Shown one piece after another: positions 61,130-64,000 of a stretch of 64,000 bases of DNA. The DNA comes from Oscillospiraceae bacterium. GTDB lineage: Bacteria; Bacillota; Clostridia; Oscillospirales; Acutalibacteraceae. Each line of letters begins with the position of its first letter. Within the stretch, counting starts at the first letter, position 1. The stretch is from assembly GCA_902792985.1 (NCBI GenBank), contig CADBBT010000004.1, positions 55,235 to 119,234 on the forward strand. Reading direction: 5' to 3'. The notes beneath the pieces are model-generated. The model was given only the letters and a program-made list of their open reading frames with translations, ran no database searches and was not told the DNA's origin. A program made the translations under genes and the position numbers.

Positions 61130-62500
61130 ATGAAATGCAGCTATTGCGGCAGCGAACTGCCGAACGGAGCGTCTTTTTGCCCGGAATGCGGCACGATCAT
61201 GAACCTGGACAACGATTTTGTTCCGCCGGTTGAACAGAGCGCGCCGGCGCAACCTGCGGAACCCGTTTCCACGGAGCCTGTAACGCCGGTGGCGCCGCCG
61301 GAACCGGAACGCGAGGAGTTCGCCGTGCCGGTGTATGTTTCGCCCTACACCGCGCCGGAAGTGCTTGAAGCGCAGGCGTCACAGCCGACACAGACCCCGG
61401 AACCGGCCGAAACGGTGATCACCCCGACCGAGGAGCCGCCCGAAGCAGAGGACAGCTACGAGGATGGCGACGAGGAAGATTATCTGGTACACGGCGGCAA
61501 AAAGCACGGCAAAGCACTGATCGCCGTGATCGTTGTGCTGCTGGTTGCTGCCGTTGCCGCCTATGCGGTCAAGACGTTCGTGATCGATAAAAAACCGTCA
61601 ACGACCGCCGCGCCGAGCGACACGGTTTCAGTAGAAGACACGACAGACGACGTGTTCTGGACCTCCACCACAGAGCCGACCGACACGTCTGACGACACGG
61701 ACGACACCGATGATACGGACGATACTGACGATACGGATGACACCGATGACATCGATGATACGGATGACACCGATGATATCGACGATACCGATGAGATCGA
61801 CGACAACGAGCTGACTGCGCCGTCGGAGTTCGAATCCACCACCAAAGAAACGACCACGACTCGTGAGACGACGACCACGACCCGTGCGACGACCACGACC
61901 ACCACAAAGCGTGCTGTCACCACCACAACGCGCCGCGTGACCACCACAGCGCGCGCAACAACGCGCCCGACGACCACTCGTCCGACCACAACAGCGGCGC
62001 CGACCACCACGGTGCAGCGTCCTGCCACCACCACGCCGCGCCGCACGCTGTATGTCACTGCCAACGGCGTTGCATTGCGCACCGCACCGCGCCGCAGTGC
62101 TTCGAGTCTGCTGAGCCTTTCCGTGGGCGCCGATGTGGTTGTGACCGGCGAAGAGAACGGTTATTACTATGTCTATTCCAACCGCTACGGCGTGTCCGGC
62201 TGGGTCAGCAAGACCTACATCGGCACGTCCCGTCCCGTTGCAACAAGCGAAAAGAACGTGTCCGGCGTTGTCAGCCCGGACGTGACCTACAGCAGCCCGA
62301 AATCGAAATCTGTTGCGTCGGAAGGCGAGGGCCTCAACCTGCGCAAGGGTCCCGGCACCTCCTACGGCGTGATCCGCTCCATCTCGGAGGGCTACCCGGT
62401 GCTCGTCAAGGGCGAAAGCAGCAGCGTTTCCGGCTGGGTCTATGTGACCGATACCACCCACGGCGTCTCCGGCTGGGTCTCGGCGGCATATCTGAAATGA
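61130..62500 (+). CDS. zinc-ribbon / TM / Asp-Thr repeat / Thr-rich linker / 2x SH3b-like membrane protein
   Basis: CSYCGSELPNGASFCPECG zinc ribbon, TM helix ALIAVIVVLLVAAVAAYAV, a (DTD)n tract, a TTTT(R/K) tract, and two SH3_3-like modules ending GVSGWVSKTYI and GVSGWVSAAYLK. Confidence 0.8.
   Translation: MKCSYCGSELPNGASFCPECGTIMNLDNDFVPPVEQSAPAQPAEPVSTEPVTPVAPPEPEREEFAVPVYVSPYTAPEVLEAQASQPTQTPEPAETVITPTEEPPEAEDSYEDGDEEDYLVHGGKKHGKALIAVIVVLLVAAVAAYAVKTFVIDKKPSTTAAPSDTVSVEDTTDDVFWTSTTEPTDTSDDTDDTDDTDDTDDTDDTDDIDDTDDTDDIDDTDEIDDNELTAPSEFESTTKETTTTRETTTTTRATTTTTTKRAVTTTTRRVTTTARATTRPTTTRPTTTAAPTTTVQRPATTTPRRTLYVTANGVALRTAPRRSASSLLSLSVGADVVVTGEENGYYYVYSNRYGVSGWVSKTYIGTSRPVATSEKNVSGVVSPDVTYSSPKSKSVASEGEGLNLRKGPGTSYGVIRSISEGYPVLVKGESSSVSGWVYVTDTTHGVSGWVSAAYLK
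61682..61806 (+). repeat. imperfect 9-nt tandem repeat encoding (D-T-D)n
   Basis: GACACCGAT GATACGGAC GATACTGAC GATACGGAT ... inside the CDS. Confidence 0.8.
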
Positions 62501-62522
62501 TCGATTGTTAGGAGGAGATACG

Positions 62523-64000
62523 ATGATGACACTGAAAACCCGTTGGGCGGATGCTGCCATGTGCGATCTGCCGCTGCCGGAATATCCGCGTCCGCAGATG
62601 GTGCGCGAACCCTGGATGAATCTCAACGGCCTGTATGAGTATGAGATCACCGGCGAAGGCGCACAGTGGATCAGCCACGTTGACGGCAAGATCCGCGTGC
62701 CGTTTGCGCTGGAAAGCTGCCTTTCCGGGGTCTGCAAAAAGCTGCACAGCGATGAACGCCTTTGGTACCGCAGAACCTTCACGCTGCCCGAATCCTTTTC
62801 CGGAAAGCGTGTGCTGCTGCATTTCGGCGCTGTGGACTGGCAGTGCAAGGCCTATGTGAACCATACCCTCGTTGCCGAACACACCGGCGGCTACTGCCCG
62901 TTTTCCGCAGACATCACCGATGCGCTGCAGGACGGCGAAAACGAACTGGTCGTGCATGTGTATGACCCGACAGACGACGGTTGGCAGAACCGCGGCAAGC
63001 AGGCGAGCTATTCCCACGGCTTCTGGTACACCGCAACGAGCGGTATCTGGCAGACGGTCTGGCTTGAGGCTGTGCCGCAGGCGTATGTCAAAGGCTACCG
63101 CCTGACGCCGGACATCGACAGCGAAACGCTGAAGATCGAAACCGACTGTGTGGGCGAAGGAAAACTGCACATTCAGGTGCTCGACGGGCAGACGGTCGTG
63201 GCGGAAAAGGATCTTGCCGCGTGCGATGAGATCGCGCTGCCGGGCTGCAAGCTCTGGTCGCCCGAAACGCCGTTTTTATATGATTTTGTGCTGACCTTCG
63301 GCGAGGACAGCGTCAAGGGCTATTTCGGTATGCGCAAGTTTTCCATCGGCATGTTTCAGGGCTACAGCCGCCTGTTCCTCAATAATGCACCGTATTTCCA
63401 GCGCGGCCTGCTTGACCAGGGCTATTGGAGCGACGGCGGTTTGACGGCGCCGACCGACGAGGCGATGATCTACGATATCGCAAAGATGAAGGAGCTCGGC
63501 TTCAACATGCTGCGCAAACATATCAAGGTGGAACCCGCGCGCTGGTATTATCACTGCGACCGGCTGGGCATGATCGTCTGGCAGGACATGGTCTCCGGCG
63601 GCAAAGCGCTCAACGTTTTCCACGCCGGCGTGCTGCCGAACGCGATCAGCTTCATCAGCCCGTTCGTCAACGTCTCCATGAAAGACGATAAGTATAAGAT
63701 TTTTAACCGCGACCGCATCGAATGGCGCATCCAGTTTGAAGAGGAGCTGTTCGAGATGATGGACGCGCTGTATAATGTGCCGTGCATCGGCACATGGGTG
63801 CCTTTCAATGAGGGCTGGGGCCAGTTCGACGCCAAACGCATCGGCGACGAGGTCAAGGCAAAGGATCCGACACGCATTGTTGACCACGCCAGCGGCTGGT
63901 ACGATCAAAGAGGCGCGGACCTGCGCTCCATCCACCGTTATATCTGGCCGGTCACAGCGCCGAAATATGACGGCAGACCGTTCGTGCTCAGCGAATACGG
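62523..64000 (+). CDS. glycoside hydrolase family 2, 3' end outside the window (absent from the supplied ORF track)
   Basis: AGGAGG lies 6 nt before the ATG. My translation is MMTLKTRWADAAMCDLPLPEYPRPQMVREPWMNLNGLYEYE...LLHFGAVDWQCKAYVNHTLVAEHTGGYCPFSADIT...FNMLRKHIKVEP..WVPFNEGWGQFD...VLSEYG, open to the window end. Confidence 0.85.
   Translation, partial: MMTLKTRWADAAMCDLPLPEYPRPQMVREPWMNLNGLYEYEITGEGAQWISHVDGKIRVPFALESCLSGVCKKLHSDERLWYRRTFTLPESFSGKRVLLHFGAVDWQCKAYVNHTLVAEHTGGYCPFSADITDALQDGENELVVHVYDPTDDGWQNRGKQASYSHGFWYTATSGIWQTVWLEAVPQAYVKGYRLTPDIDSETLKIETDCVGEGKLHIQVLDGQTVVAEKDLAACDEIALPGCKLWSPETPFLYDFVLTFGEDSVKGYFGMRKFSIGMFQGYSRLFLNNAPYFQRGLLDQGYWSDGGLTAPTDEAMIYDIAKMKELGFNMLRKHIKVEPARWYYHCDRLGMIVWQDMVSGGKALNVFHAGVLPNAISFISPFVNVSMKDDKYKIFNRDRIEWRIQFEEELFEMMDALYNVPCIGTWVPFNEGWGQFDAKRIGDEVKAKDPTRIVDHASGWYDQRGADLRSIHRYIWPVTAPKYDGRPFVLSEY

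Noticed and set aside
61682-61806. Tandem repeat region as a possible CRISPR or other non-coding array
   Set aside because: The period is 9 nt, in frame, inside a long ORF, and encodes (DTD)n. There is no repeat-spacer organisation anywhere in the window.

Overview
64-kb chromosomal segment of a high-GC Firmicutes/Clostridia-type genome. RNase Y, T-box-controlled ilvBN, ECF S-components, a split MetH and the rpmG-secE-nusG-rplKAJL block suggest an Oscillospiraceae/Ruminococcaceae-like gut anaerobe, but that taxonomy is inference only. Most of the window is housekeeping: cysS (3' end), murI, a tRNA-Asp/Gly/Cys operon, upp, rny, phoH-ybeY-dgkA, rpsO-pnp, ribosomal protein genes, thiT, queH, metF-metH, dut and ilvBN. 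It also carries carbohydrate and surface functions (GH95, GH28, GH2, a BspA-type LRR protein, two large secreted proteins). I could read four cis-regulatory RNAs directly: a TPP riboswitch (thiT), a tandem glycine riboswitch (Na+/alanine-glycine symporter), a T-box (ilvB) and an L10-type leader (rplJ). Many promoters are exact or near-exact TTGACA-17-TATAAT. I found no CRISPR array, no rRNA, no transposase or integrase gene, and no recognisable defence operon. Six things stand out. (1) An AT-richer islet between dgkA and rpsO carries a 22-aa hydrophobic-peptide mRNA and a convergent antisense RNA driven by a perfect consensus promoter, which is type I toxin-antitoxin architecture. (2) Two loci share a promoter + long 5' hairpin + terminator + SD leader design in front of AT-richer orphan genes. 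(3) A ~150-bp MITE with 19-bp terminal inverted repeats and 4-bp TTAR duplications is present twice, and one copy sits inside the TPP riboswitch aptamer. (4) glpK is frame-disrupted by an internal deletion. (5) Two secreted proteins share a Phe-rich cationic amphipathic C-terminal tail. (6) Short G-rich tandem repeats sit in 3' UTRs. Two real genes are missing from the supplied ORF track: rpmG (49 aa) and a 3'-truncated GH2 gene at the window end. Functional assignments rest on motif recognition by eye, with no database search.
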